Sequence record: NC_054934.1
From: Escherichia phage teqskov
DNA length: 64,000 bases
Strand: one strand, 5' to 3'
Shown here: piece by piece, positions 48,698 to 58,672 of the stretch
Numbering within the stretch: position 1 is the stretch's first letter
Layout of the letters: each line of letters begins with the position of its first letter
Notes under the pieces: generated by a model
Database searches by the model: none
What the model was told of the DNA's origin: nothing
Seen by the model: the letters and a program-made list of their open reading frames with translations, nothing else
Translations under genes and position numbers: made by a program

Positions 48698-50376
48698 AGA
48701 ATTTTAAACTAAACCGAGTTAGGTATCAAAATATAATGTCAGTAGGTGGAAATCCTATTGACATTCAATTAGATAAGGTTCAAAAAACTCTTATTACTGG
48801 CCGAAATGGCGGTGGTAAGTCTACTATGTTAGAAGCCATCACATTTGGGCTTTTTGGCAAGCCATTTCGTGATGTAAAGAAAGGTCAATTAATAAACAGC
48901 ACAAATAAGAAAGAACTTTTAGTTGAATTGTGGATGGAATATGATGAGAAAAAGTACTATATCAAAAGAGGACAAAAACCAAACGTTTTCGAAATCACCG
49001 TTAACGGTACACGTCTTAATGAATCTGCCAGCAGTAAAGATTTCCAAGCAGAATTTGAACAGCTTATCGGAATGTCATATGCCAGTTTCAAGCAGATTGT
49101 TGTTCTTGGTACAGCAGGGTATACCCCTTTCATGGGTTTGTCTACCCCTGCGCGAAGAAAGCTTGTGGAAGACCTGCTTGAGGTAGGAACATTAGCTGAA
49201 ATGGATAAGCTTAATAAAGCACTAATACGTGAATTAAATTCACAAAACCAAGTGCTTGATGTTAAAAAAGATAGTATTATCCAACAGATTAAAATATATA
49301 ATGATAACGTTGAACGCCAGAAAAAATTAACTGGTGACAATCTTACTCGTCTGCAAAATATGTATGATGATTTGGCAAAAGAAGCTAGAACGCTAAAATC
49401 GGAAATAGAAGAAGCTAATGAAAGATTAGTTAATATTGTTTTAGACGAAGACCCGACTGATGCATTTAATAAAATCGGTCAAGAAGCAGTTTTAATTAAA
49501 TCAAAAATTGACTCGTACAATAAAGTCATTAATATGTATCACGAAGGTGGATTATGTCCAACCTGTTTGTCACAATTAAGTTCCGGTGATAAAGTTGTTT
49601 CTAAAATTAAAGATAAAGTTTCTGAATGTACGCATTCGTTTGAACAGCTTTCAACACATCGTGATAATTTAAAAGTTCTTGTTGATGAATACCGAGATAA
49701 TATTAAAACCCAACAGTCGTTGGCAAATGATATTCGCAATAAAAAGCAATCTCTAATCACGACGGTAGATAAAGCCAAAAAAGTTAAAGCAGCTATAGAA
49801 AAAGCATCTTCTGAGTTTATTGACCATGCTGATGAAATAGCACTGCTTCAAGAAGAACTTGATAAAATTGTTAAGACAAAAACTAATTTAGTAATGGAAA
49901 AATACCACCGAGGAATTTTGACTGATATGCTCAAAGATTCTGGTATTAAAGGTGCTATTATTAAAAAGTACATTCCATTATTTAATAAGCAGATTAACCA
50001 TTATCTTAAAATAATGGAAGCGGATTATGTGTTTACATTAGATGAAGAATTTAATGAGACAATTAAATCCCGTGGTCGTGAAGATTTTAGTTATGCTTCA
50101 TTCAGTCAAGGTGAAAAAGCACGAATTGATATTGCTCTTTTATTTACTTGGCGTGATATTGCTGAAAAAGTTTCAGGTGTTAAAATAAACACGTTAATTC
50201 TTGACGAAGTTTTTGATTCAGCGACCGATGTTGAAGGTGTAAAAGCTATTTCAACTATTTTAGATAGTTTAAAAAATACTAATGTTTTTGTTATTTCGCA
50301 TAGAGACCATGACCCACAAGCATATGGTCAGCACCTTCAAATGAAGAAAGTTGGTCGATTTACTGTAATGGTTTAA
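48694..50376 (+). CDS. 46: Recombination endonuclease subunit gp46 (Rad50-like)
   Basis: 560 aa; Walker A GRNGGGKST; coiled-coil middle with CPTC zinc hook; C-terminal signature and Walker B. Confidence 0.92.
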   Translation: MKNFKLNRVRYQNIMSVGGNPIDIQLDKVQKTLITGRNGGGKSTMLEAITFGLFGKPFRDVKKGQLINSTNKKELLVELWMEYDEKKYYIKRGQKPNVFEITVNGTRLNESASSKDFQAEFEQLIGMSYASFKQIVVLGTAGYTPFMGLSTPARRKLVEDLLEVGTLAEMDKLNKALIRELNSQNQVLDVKKDSIIQQIKIYNDNVERQKKLTGDNLTRLQNMYDDLAKEARTLKSEIEEANERLVNIVLDEDPTDAFNKIGQEAVLIKSKIDSYNKVINMYHEGGLCPTCLSQLSSGDKVVSKIKDKVSECTHSFEQLSTHRDNLKVLVDEYRDNIKTQQSLANDIRNKKQSLITTVDKAKKVKAAIEKASSEFIDHADEIALLQEELDKIVKTKTNLVMEKYHRGILTDMLKDSGIKGAIIKKYIPLFNKQINHYLKIMEADYVFTLDEEFNETIKSRGREDFSYASFSQGEKARIDIALLFTWRDIAEKVSGVKINTLILDEVFDSATDVEGVKAISTILDSLKNTNVFVISHRDHDPQAYGQHLQMKKVGRFTVMV

Positions 50377-50387
50377 TTTATAAGAGA

Positions 50388-50415
50388 TTATGCTTTAATT
50401 TATTAGAGTATAATC
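50388..50415 (+). promoter_or_regulatory. Candidate T4 middle promoter (MotA box aTGCTTtA, then TATAAT) inside a 9 bp inverted repeat
   Basis: agagattat-gctttaatttattagagt-ataatctct. Confidence 0.4.
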
Positions 50416-50431
50416 TCTATGGAGGAAAAAC

Positions 50432-50620
50432 ATGGAATATTCAACTGGACAGCATCTATTAACTATTCCTGAAATAAAACGATATATTCTGAGAAATAAT
50501 TTTTCTAATGAAGAGCATATAGTTACTGAATCTATGCTTAGGAATGCATTTAAAGCAGAATATACAAAAATAATGTCCAATAGAAATGAAGCTTGGACTG
50601 TTACTGATTATTATGACTAA
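50432..50620 (+). CDS. Hypothetical protein
   Basis: 62 aa ORF with GGAGG SD. Confidence 0.45.
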   Translation: MEYSTGQHLLTIPEIKRYILRNNFSNEEHIVTESMLRNAFKAEYTKIMSNRNEAWTVTDYYD

Positions 50621-50629
50621 AGGTGTATT

Positions 50630-51019
50630 ATGACTAAAATTACTGTGAATTATACTGTTGATGTAAAAGATATTCAGCCAAAACACGTGCGTTCTGAATC
50701 AAATCCACAAAACCAAAATAAAATCCGTCGAGCATGGGTTTTGTCTCTTTCTGATAACGCAATGGAAGTTATTCAGAACAAAATTAAATCTGCACCTGCT
50801 CGTCATGCGTATTATGAAGCTATCGATCGTGAAGTAAGTAATAAATGGATTGAACTAATGCGCAAACATACTACAGAATCCCTAAACGCCGGTGCTAAAT
50901 TTATTATGACTTCATGCGGTGAACGTCTTGAAGATGATTATTGCGGTAATGCAGATGAACGTCTAATTGTTGCTGCTCAAATTGTTGCGGAAACAATTGC
51001 GGCTGATTTTAATCGTTAA
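50630..51019 (+). CDS. rpbA: RNA polymerase binding protein RpbA
   Basis: 129 aa; position between 46 and 45 as T4 rpbA. Confidence 0.75.
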
Positions 51020-51074
51020 TTGCTTTATTAAATTAGTTATAAAATTAAATCTCATTTGAATTGAAGGAAATTAC

Positions 51075-51761
51075 ATGAAACTGTCTAAAGATACTACTGC
51101 TCTGCTTAAAAATTTCGCTACTATTAACTCCGGTATTATGCTTAAATCCGGTCAATTTATTATGACTCGCGCAGTTAATGGTACAACTTATGCGGAAGCA
51201 AATATTTCTGACGTTATTGATTTTGATGTAGCAATTTACGATTTGAACGGTTTTCTCGGTATTCTGTCTCTAGTTAATGATGATGCAGAAATTTCCCAGT
51301 CAGAAGATGGAAATATTAAAATTGCTGATGCTCGTTCAACAATTTTTTGGCCAGCAGCCGATCCGAGTACAGTAGTTGCTCCTAATAAACCAATTCCATT
51401 CCCGGTAGCATCTGTTGTTACTGAAATTAAAGCTGAAGACCTTCAACAACTGTTGCGTGTATCTCGTGGTCTGCAAATTGATACAATTGCTATCACGGTA
51501 AAAGAAGGTAAAATCGTAATTAACGGTTTTAATAAAGTAGAAGATTCTGCTCTGACCCGTGTTAAATATTCTTTGACTCTTGGTGATTATGATGGTGAAA
51601 ATACATTTAATTTCATTATCAATATGGCAAATATGAAAATGCAACCAGGAAATTATAAACTTCTGCTTTGGGCAAAAGGTAAACAAGGCGCTGCTAAATT
51701 TGAAGGTGAACATGCGAATTATGTAGTAGCTCTTGAAGCTGATTCTACCCACGATTTTTAA
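51075..51761 (+). CDS. 45: Sliding clamp gp45
   Basis: 228 aa; matches remembered T4 gp45. Confidence 0.95.
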   Translation: MKLSKDTTALLKNFATINSGIMLKSGQFIMTRAVNGTTYAEANISDVIDFDVAIYDLNGFLGILSLVNDDAEISQSEDGNIKIADARSTIFWPAADPSTVVAPNKPIPFPVASVVTEIKAEDLQQLLRVSRGLQIDTIAITVKEGKIVINGFNKVEDSALTRVKYSLTLGDYDGENTFNFIINMANMKMQPGNYKLLLWAKGKQGAAKFEGEHANYVVALEADSTHDF

Positions 51762-51765
51762 TAAA

Positions 51766-51780
51766 GGGCTTCGGCCCTTT
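51766..51780 (+). terminator. Hairpin/terminator gggc-ttcg-gccc-ttt
   Basis: Immediately after the gene 45 stop. Confidence 0.55.
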
Positions 51781-51812
51781 ATAATTTACACTAAAACTTG
51801 AATGAGGAAATT

Positions 51813-52772
51813 ATGATTACCGTAAATGAAAAAGAACACATTCTTGAACAGAAATATCGTCCATCTACTATCGATGAATGTATTCTTCCCGCCTTTGATA
51901 AAGAAACCTTTAAATCTATTACAAGTAAAGGTAAGATTCCACATATTATTCTTCATTCTCCTTCTCCAGGAACAGGTAAAACAACTGTAGCGAAAGCATT
52001 GTGTCATGATGTAAATGCTGATATGATGTTTGTGAATGGGTCAGATTGTAAAATTGATTTCGTTCGTGGTCCTTTGACTAATTTTGCCAGTGCAGCTTCA
52101 TTTGATGGTCGTCAAAAAGTAATCGTTATTGATGAATTTGACCGCTCAGGGTTAGCAGAGTCTCAGCGACATCTTCGTTCCTTTATGGAAGCTTATAGTT
52201 CAAACTGTAGTATTATTATTACTGCTAACAATATTGATGGTATTATTAAACCGCTTCAGTCACGCTGCCGAGTTATTACATTCGGTCAACCGACCGATGA
52301 AGATAAAATTGAAATGATGAAGCAGATGATTCGTCGATTGACTGAAATCTGCAAGCATGAAGGAATTGCTATAGCTGATATGAAAGTTGTAGCAGCTTTA
52401 GTTAAAAAGAATTTTCCTGATTTTCGTAAAACTATTGGCGAGCTCGATAGTTATTCATCTAAAGGTGTTTTGGATGCTGGTATTTTATCATTGGTTACTA
52501 ACGATCGTGGTGCTATTGATGATGTTCTTGAGTCTCTCAAAAATAAAGATGTTAAACAACTCAGAGCTTTAGCACCAAAATATGCAGCTGATTATTCGTG
52601 GTTCGTGGGTAAACTTGCCGAAGAAATCTATTCACGTGTAACTCCACAAAGTATTATTCGTATGTACGAAATTGTTGGTGAAAATAATCAGTATCATGGT
52701 ATTGCAGCTAATACTGAATTGCATTTAGCTTATCTTTTCATTCAATTAGCATGTGAAATGCAGTGGAAGTGA
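51813..52772 (+). CDS. 44: Clamp loader large subunit gp44
   Basis: 319 aa from ATG 51813 with GAGGAA SD; Walker [11 protein letters not shown]. Confidence 0.95.
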
Positions 52773-52773
52773 T

Positions 52774-53337
52774 ATGAGCTTATTTCAAGATGATATTCAA
52801 TTAAACGAGCATCAAGTTGCTTGGTATTCTAAAGATTGGACAGCTGTCCAATCTGCTGCTGATACTTTTAAAGAAAAAGCTGAAAATGAATTTTTTGAAA
52901 TAATTGGAGCTATTAATAATAAAACTAAATGCTCTATTGCTCAAAAAGATTATTCAAAATTCATGGTTGAAAATGCATTATCACAATTTCCAGAGTGCAT
53001 GTCAGCTGTATATGCTATGAATTTAATTGGATCAGGCTTAAGTGATGAAGCTCATTTTAATTATCTAATGGCTGCAGTTCCTCGTGGTAAAAGATATGGT
53101 AAATGGGCAAAACTAGTTGAAGATTCCACCGAAGTATTGATTATTAAGTTACTTGCTAAGCGGTATCAAGTTAATACAAATGATGCAATTAACTATAAAT
53201 CAATTCTTACTAAAAATGGAAAACTACCTTTAGTATTAAAAGAACTTAAAGGATTAGTCACGGATGATTTTTTGAAAGAAGTGACTAAGAACGTAAAAGA
53301 ACAGAAACAACTCAAAAAACTAGCATTGGAATGGTAA
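52774..53337 (+). CDS. 62: Clamp loader small subunit gp62
   Basis: 187 aa from ATG 52774, directly after gene 44 stop. Confidence 0.92.
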   Translation: MSLFQDDIQLNEHQVAWYSKDWTAVQSAADTFKEKAENEFFEIIGAINNKTKCSIAQKDYSKFMVENALSQFPECMSAVYAMNLIGSGLSDEAHFNYLMAAVPRGKRYGKWAKLVEDSTEVLIIKLLAKRYQVNTNDAINYKSILTKNGKLPLVLKELKGLVTDDFLKEVTKNVKEQKQLKKLALEW

Positions 53338-53338
53338 A

Positions 53339-53707
53339 ATGATTGAAATTACTCTTAAAAAACCTGAAGATTTTCTGAAAGTAAAAGAAACTTTGACTCG
53401 TATGGGAATTGCTAATAATAAAGATAAAGTTCTGTATCAGTCCTGTCATATTCTTCAGAAAAAAGGACTATACTATATCGTTCATTTTAAAGAAATGCTT
53501 CGTATGGATGGTCGCCAGGTTGAAATGACAGAAGAAGATGAAGTTCGTCGTGATTCGATTGCATGGCTATTAGAAGATTGGGGACTGATTGAAATCGTCC
53601 CTGGTCAAAGAACTTTTATGAAAGATTTAACTAATAACTTCCGAGTTATTTCTTTTAAACAAAAACATGAATGGAAACTCGTTCCTAAATATACGATTGG
53701 TAATTAA
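53339..53707 (+). CDS. regA: Translational repressor RegA
   Basis: 122 aa; matches remembered T4 RegA. Confidence 0.92.
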   Translation: MIEITLKKPEDFLKVKETLTRMGIANNKDKVLYQSCHILQKKGLYYIVHFKEMLRMDGRQVEMTEEDEVRRDSIAWLLEDWGLIEIVPGQRTFMKDLTNNFRVISFKQKHEWKLVPKYTIGN

Positions 53708-53708
53708 T

Positions 53709-53930
53709 ATGACTGCTATAACTCCACAAGAATACATGGCGTCTCTTAAAGAAAAATATAATCTTTCTGCAACAGAAACACTTTTTGATTTACCAGAAAA
53801 CCTCCAACTAAAATTTCAGGTAGAATTTCAAAAATTAATTCATCCAGAACAAAAACACTTTACCGCAGTCGTTAAGTCAATTAATGCAGATGGAATGACA
53901 ATTTTTCACCGACAAATAGTACTAATTTAA
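53709..53930 (+). CDS. Hypothetical protein between regA and 43
   Basis: 73 aa from ATG 53709; followed by a GC hairpin. Confidence 0.45.
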   Translation: MTAITPQEYMASLKEKYNLSATETLFDLPENLQLKFQVEFQKLIHPEQKHFTAVVKSINADGMTIFHRQIVLI

Positions 53931-53934
53931 GCAA

Positions 53935-53953
53935 GGGGCTTCGGCCCCTTATT
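53935..53953 (+). terminator. Hairpin/terminator ggggc-ttcg-gcccc
   Basis: Perfect GC stem with UUCG loop, then T-rich tract. Confidence 0.55.
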
Positions 53954-53971
53954 TGGAGTATAATATATATC

Positions 53972-54010
53972 AAGAGCCTAATAACTCGGGCTATAAACTA
54001 AGGAATATCT
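53972..54010 (+). promoter_or_regulatory. gp43 translational operator (hairpin with AAUAACUC loop next to the SD)
   Basis: gagccu-AAUAACUC-gggcu then AAGGAA SD; this loop is the known T4 gene 43 operator. Confidence 0.7.
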
Positions 54011-56707
54011 ATGAAAGAATTTTATATCTCTATTGAAACAGTCGGAAATAACATTGTTGAACGTTATATTGATGAAAACGGAAAGGAACGTACCCGTGAA
54101 GTAGAATATCTTCCGACTATGTTTAGGCATTGTAAGGAAGAGTCAAAATACAAAGACATCTATGGTAAAAACTGCGCTCCTCAAAAATTTCCATCAATGA
54201 AAGATGCTCGAGATTGGATGAAGCGAATGGAAGACATCGGTCTCGAAGCTCTCGGTATGAACGATTTTAAACTCGCTTATATCAGTGATACATATGGTTC
54301 AGAAATTGTTTATGACCGAAAATTTGTTCGTGTAGCTAACTGTGACATTGAGGTTACTGGTGATAAATTTCCTGACCCAATGAAAGCTGAATATGAAATT
54401 GATGCTATCACTCATTACGATTCAATTGATGACCGTTTTTATGTTTTCGACCTTTTGAATTCAATGTACGGTTCAGTATCAAAATGGGATGCAAAGTTAG
54501 CTGCTAAGCTTGACTGTGAAGGTGGTGATGAAGTTCCTCAAGAAATTCTTGACCGAGTAATTTATATGCCATTCGATAATGAGCGTGATATGCTCATGGA
54601 ATATATCAATCTCTGGGAACAGAAACGACCTGCTATTTTTACTGGTTGGAATATTGAGGGATTTGACGTTCCGTATATCATGAATCGCGTTAAAATGGTT
54701 CTCGGTGAACGTAGTATGAAACGCTTCTCTCCAATCGGTCGAGTAAAATCTAAACTAATTCAAAATATGTACGGTAGCAAAGAAATTTATTCTATTGATG
54801 GCGTATCTATTCTTGATTATTTAGATTTGTACAAGAAATTCGCTTTTACTAATTTGCCGTCATTCTCTTTGGAATCAGTTGCTCAACATGAAACCAAAAA
54901 AGGTAAATTACCATACGACGGTCCTATTAATAAACTTCGTGAGACTAATCATCAACGATACATTAGTTATAACATCATTGACGTAGAATCAGTTCAAGCA
55001 ATTGATAAAATTCGCGGGTTTATCGATCTAGTTTTAAGTATGTCTTATTACGCTAAAATGCCTTTTTCCGGTGTAATGAGTCCTATTAAAACCTGGGATG
55101 CCATTATTTTTAACTCATTGAAAGGTGAACATAAGGTTATTCCTCAACAAGGTTCGCACGTTAAACAGAGTTTTCCGGGTGCATTCGTATTTGAACCTAA
55201 ACCAATTGCTCGTCGATATATTATGAGTTTTGACTTGACGTCTCTGTATCCGAGCATTATTCGTCAGGTTAACATTAGTCCTGAGACTATTCGTGGTCAG
55301 TTTAAAGTTCATCCAATTCATGAATATATCGCAGGAACAGCTCCTAAACCGAGTGATGAATATTCTTGTTCTCCGAATGGATGGATGTACGATAAGCATC
55401 AAGAAGGTATCATTCCAAAGGAAATCGCTAAAGTATTTTTCCAGCGTAAAGATTGGAAAAAGAAAATGTTCGCTGAAGAAATGAATGCCGAAGCTATTAA
55501 AAAGATTATTATGAAAGGCGCAGGGTCTTGTTCAACTAAACCTGAAGTTGAACGATATGTTAAGTTCAGTGATGATTTCTTAAATGAACTATCGAATTAT
55601 ACTGAATCTGTTCTCAATAGTTTGATTGAAGAATGTGAAAAAGCGGCTACACTTGCTAACACAAATCAGCTGAACCGTAAAATTCTTATTAACAGCCTTT
55701 ACGGTGCTCTTGGTAATATTCATTTCCGTTACTATGATTTGCGAAATGCTACTGCTATCACAATTTTCGGCCAAGTTGGTATTCAGTGGATTGCTCGTAA
55801 AATTAATGAGTATCTGAATAAAGTATGTGGAACTAATGGCGAAGATTTCATCGCAGCAGGTGATACTGATTCGGTATATGTTTGTGTAGATAAAGTTATT
55901 GAAAAAGTTGGTCTTGACCGATTCAAAGAGCAGAACGATTTAGTTGAATTCATGAATCAGTTCGGTAAGAAAAAGATGGAACCTATGATTGATGTTGCAT
56001 ATCGTGAGTTATGTGATTATATGAATAACCGCGAGCATCTGATGCATATGGACCGTGAAGCTATTTCTTGCCCTCCACTTGGTTCAAAGGGCGTTGGTGG
56101 ATTTTGGAAAGCGAAAAAGCGTTATGCTCTGAACGTATATGATATGGAAGATAAGCGATTTGCTGAACCGCATTTAAAAATCATGGGTATGGAAACTCAG
56201 CAGAGTTCAACGCCTAAAGCGGTCCAAGAAGCTCTCGAAGAAAGTATTCGTCGTATTCTTCAGGAAGGTGAAGAGTCTGTCCAAGAATATTACAAGAACT
56301 TCGAGAAAGAATATCGTCAACTTGACTATAAAGTTATTGCTGAAGTAAAAACTGCGAACGATATAGCGAAATATGATGATAAAGGTTGGCCAGGATTTAA
56401 ATGTCCGTTCCATATTCGTGGTGTGCTAACTTATCGTCGAGCTGTTAGCGGTTTAGGTGTAGCTCCAATTTTGGATGGAAATAAAGTAATGGTTCTTCCA
56501 TTGCGTGAAGGAAATCCATTTGGTGACAAATGCATTGCTTGGCCGTCGGGTACAGAACTTCCAAAAGAAATTCGTTCTGACGTACTGTCTTGGATTGACT
56601 ACTCAACTTTGTTCCAAAAATCGTTTGTTAAACCGCTTGCAGGCATGTGTGAATCGGCTGGTATGGACTATGAAGAAAAAGCTTCGTTAGACTTCCTGTT
56701 TGGCTGA
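54011..56707 (+). CDS. 43: DNA polymerase gp43
   Basis: 898 aa; exonuclease and polymerase motifs (GDTDS); extensive match to remembered T4 gp43. Confidence 0.97.
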   Translation: MKEFYISIETVGNNIVERYIDENGKERTREVEYLPTMFRHCKEESKYKDIYGKNCAPQKFPSMKDARDWMKRMEDIGLEALGMNDFKLAYISDTYGSEIVYDRKFVRVANCDIEVTGDKFPDPMKAEYEIDAITHYDSIDDRFYVFDLLNSMYGSVSKWDAKLAAKLDCEGGDEVPQEILDRVIYMPFDNERDMLMEYINLWEQKRPAIFTGWNIEGFDVPYIMNRVKMVLGERSMKRFSPIGRVKSKLIQNMYGSKEIYSIDGVSILDYLDLYKKFAFTNLPSFSLESVAQHETKKGKLPYDGPINKLRETNHQRYISYNIIDVESVQAIDKIRGFIDLVLSMSYYAKMPFSGVMSPIKTWDAIIFNSLKGEHKVIPQQGSHVKQSFPGAFVFEPKPIARRYIMSFDLTSLYPSIIRQVNISPETIRGQFKVHPIHEYIAGTAPKPSDEYSCSPNGWMYDKHQEGIIPKEIAKVFFQRKDWKKKMFAEEMNAEAIKKIIMKGAGSCSTKPEVERYVKFSDDFLNELSNYTESVLNSLIEECEKAATLANTNQLNRKILINSLYGALGNIHFRYYDLRNATAITIFGQVGIQWIARKINEYLNKVCGTNGEDFIAAGDTDSVYVCVDKVIEKVGLDRFKEQNDLVEFMNQFGKKKMEPMIDVAYRELCDYMNNREHLMHMDREAISCPPLGSKGVGGFWKAKKRYALNVYDMEDKRFAEPHLKIMGMETQQSSTPKAVQEALEESIRRILQEGEESVQEYYKNFEKEYRQLDYKVIAEVKTANDIAKYDDKGWPGFKCPFHIRGVLTYRRAVSGLGVAPILDGNKVMVLPLREGNPFGDKCIAWPSGTELPKEIRSDVLSWIDYSTLFQKSFVKPLAGMCESAGMDYEEKASLDFLFG

Positions 56708-56720
56708 TAGAATAAATCTA

Positions 56721-56741
56721 GGGACCTCCGGGTCCCTTTTT
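56721..56741 (+). terminator. Rho-independent terminator
   Basis: gggacc-tccg-ggtccc then TTTTT. Confidence 0.75.
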
Positions 56742-56824
56742 CATACAAGTAATATAAATCTATACTTATGAAAAACAGATGATTCTGGACCTTTAGAATT
56801 CCCTAAAAAATTTTTCACAAAACT

Positions 56825-56855
56825 GTTTACAAGACTGTTCCTCTGTGGTATTATA
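56825..56855 (+). promoter_or_regulatory. T4 early promoter, near-identical to the copy at 31888
   Basis: tttttcacaaaactGTTTACaagactgttcctctgTGgTATTATacaactatcaactactgatacag. Confidence 0.65.
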
Positions 56856-56891
56856 CAACTATCAACTACTGATACAGATTTGGAGAATAAA

Positions 56892-57128
56892 ATGAAAATT
56901 GTTATGGGATGCTTAGCAGTTTGTTTAGTTGCATTAGCAGCAGTTCCATTTGTTAGTGTTGAAAATGATACTCAACCTGTGATTGAATCTAGCACCGTTA
57001 TTCACACTAATGGTAAAATATCAGTTAAAATTGATGATAATCTTCATGTGAATACAAATGGATCTTTAGGTGTGCAAATGGGTAATACCTGCATAAGCAC
57101 TACTGGAGTAATTACTACTTGCATTTGA
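56892..57128 (+). CDS. Small membrane or secreted protein
   Basis: 78 aa from ATG 56892; hydrophobic N-terminus; GGAGA SD in the conserved leader. Confidence 0.45.
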   Translation: MKIVMGCLAVCLVALAAVPFVSVENDTQPVIESSTVIHTNGKISVKIDDNLHVNTNGSLGVQMGNTCISTTGVITTCI

Positions 57129-57138
57129 GGAAATTATT

Positions 57139-57519
57139 ATGAAAATCGCTATTTTGGTTATTGCATTAGGTCTTACTGGTTGTGTAGCTCAAGGACCGGT
57201 AGTAAATCAGTCTGATGTAGGAAAAATTGTAAACTGTTCAAGCAAATTTTATAATCCTAATGTCAAGTGTTATAAAGAAGCTCCAAAGCAAACAGTCGAA
57301 CAAATGCAGGCGAATTTTGACGAAGCTATTCGTCCAGATGAATCTGCTCAAGCATATCGTAATTCTGATGTAATTACACGCGAAGAAAAAATTGAAAACT
57401 ACTGCGCCGAAATTTGGGCTAATTGGGCTAATAATTACCAATGGCGTACTGGTAAAAATGCTCCGATGGAGTATGTAGTGAATTCTTATAATTCATGTGT
57501 AAAAAATTTGACTAAGTGA
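57139..57519 (+). CDS. Putative lipoprotein
   Basis: 126 aa; signal peptide with lipobox LTGC; GAGGAAA SD. Confidence 0.55.
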   Translation: MKIAILVIALGLTGCVAQGPVVNQSDVGKIVNCSSKFYNPNVKCYKEAPKQTVEQMQANFDEAIRPDESAQAYRNSDVITREEKIENYCAEIWANWANNYQWRTGKNAPMEYVVNSYNSCVKNLTK

Positions 57520-57526
57520 GGAAAAC

Positions 57527-57778
57527 ATGGAAACTTTAGTAGCAGGTTCAATTTTTATGGTTTTAGTTTCAGGCGTGTTGGCTATTATTATATACATGCT
57601 TCCATGGTTTATCGCCTTGATGCGTGGGTCAAAATCGACAGTAGGAATCTTTTTCACATCTTTACTGTTTAACTGGTCAATTATTGGTTGGTTTATTACA
57701 TTTATTTGGTCAATTGCGGGTGAAACTAAAAAATCTGTACAGCAAAATCAAGTAATTATCATCAGAGAGAAGGAATGA
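57527..57778 (+). CDS. imm: Superinfection immunity membrane protein Imm
   Basis: 83 aa, two TM helices; size and position as T4 imm. Confidence 0.75.
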   Translation: METLVAGSIFMVLVSGVLAIIIYMLPWFIALMRGSKSTVGIFFTSLLFNWSIIGWFITFIWSIAGETKKSVQQNQVIIIREKE

Positions 57779-57924
57779 AAAGCAAAATTTTAGCAGTATT
57801 GCTTTTAATCTTGATGATTATAATAAGTATATACTATAGCGTAACAGTTCCTCTTATGATTCCGCCACTTATTATAGGTTGGAGTTTATTACTGTTACAA
57901 GTTAAATATGAATGCATCAATTGA
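57775..57924 (+). CDS. Small hydrophobic membrane peptide (49 aa)
   Basis: ATG overlaps imm stop (ATGA); below the ORF-track cutoff. Confidence 0.35.
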   Translation: MKSKILAVLLLILMIIISIYYSVTVPLMIPPLIIGWSLLLLQVKYECIN

Positions 57925-57931
57925 GGTTTAA

Positions 57932-58672
57932 ATGATTAACGATTATATGACAGTTGAAGAAATCCGTCTTGATTTGGGTCTTGCATTAAAGGAAAAAGAT
58001 TTCGTAATTGATAAAACCGGTGTTAAAACTATTGAAATTATTGGTGCATCATTTGTAGCAGATGAACCTTTTATTTTTGGCGCTCTTAATGATGAATACA
58101 TTCAGCGTGAACTTGAATGGTATAAATCTAAGAGCTTGTTTGTTAAAGATATTCCAGGTGAAACACCAAAGATTTGGCAGCAGGTAGCATCTTCTAAAGG
58201 CGAAATTAATTCGAATTATGGTTGGGCCATCTGGTCAGAAGATAACTATGCCCAATATGATATGTGTTTAGCTGAACTTGGTCAAAATCCTGATTCTCGA
58301 CGTGGTATCATGATTTATACTCGTCCATCTATGCAGTTTGACTACAACAAAGACGGCATGTCAGATTTCATGTGTACGAATACAGTACAGTACCTGATTC
58401 GTGATAAGAAAGTTAATGCAGTAGTAAGCATGCGTTCAAATGACGTGGTCTTCGGATTCCGTAATGATTATGCATGGCAAAAATACGTATTAGATAAATT
58501 AGTATCTGATTTGAATGCAGGCGATTCAACTCGTCAGTATAAAGCAGGTTCTATTATATGGAATGTTGGAAGTCTTCATGTATATTCTCGTCATTTTTAC
58601 TTGGTTGATCATTGGTGGAATACTGGCGAAACTCATATTGTGAAAAAAGATTATAACGGTGAGTGGAAATGA
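57932..58672 (+). CDS. 42: dCMP hydroxymethylase gp42
   Basis: 246 aa; thymidylate-synthase-like fold motifs; matches remembered T4 gp42. Confidence 0.9.
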   Translation: MINDYMTVEEIRLDLGLALKEKDFVIDKTGVKTIEIIGASFVADEPFIFGALNDEYIQRELEWYKSKSLFVKDIPGETPKIWQQVASSKGEINSNYGWAIWSEDNYAQYDMCLAELGQNPDSRRGIMIYTRPSMQFDYNKDGMSDFMCTNTVQYLIRDKKVNAVVSMRSNDVVFGFRNDYAWQKYVLDKLVSDLNAGDSTRQYKAGSIIWNVGSLHVYSRHFYLVDHWWNTGETHIVKKDYNGEWK

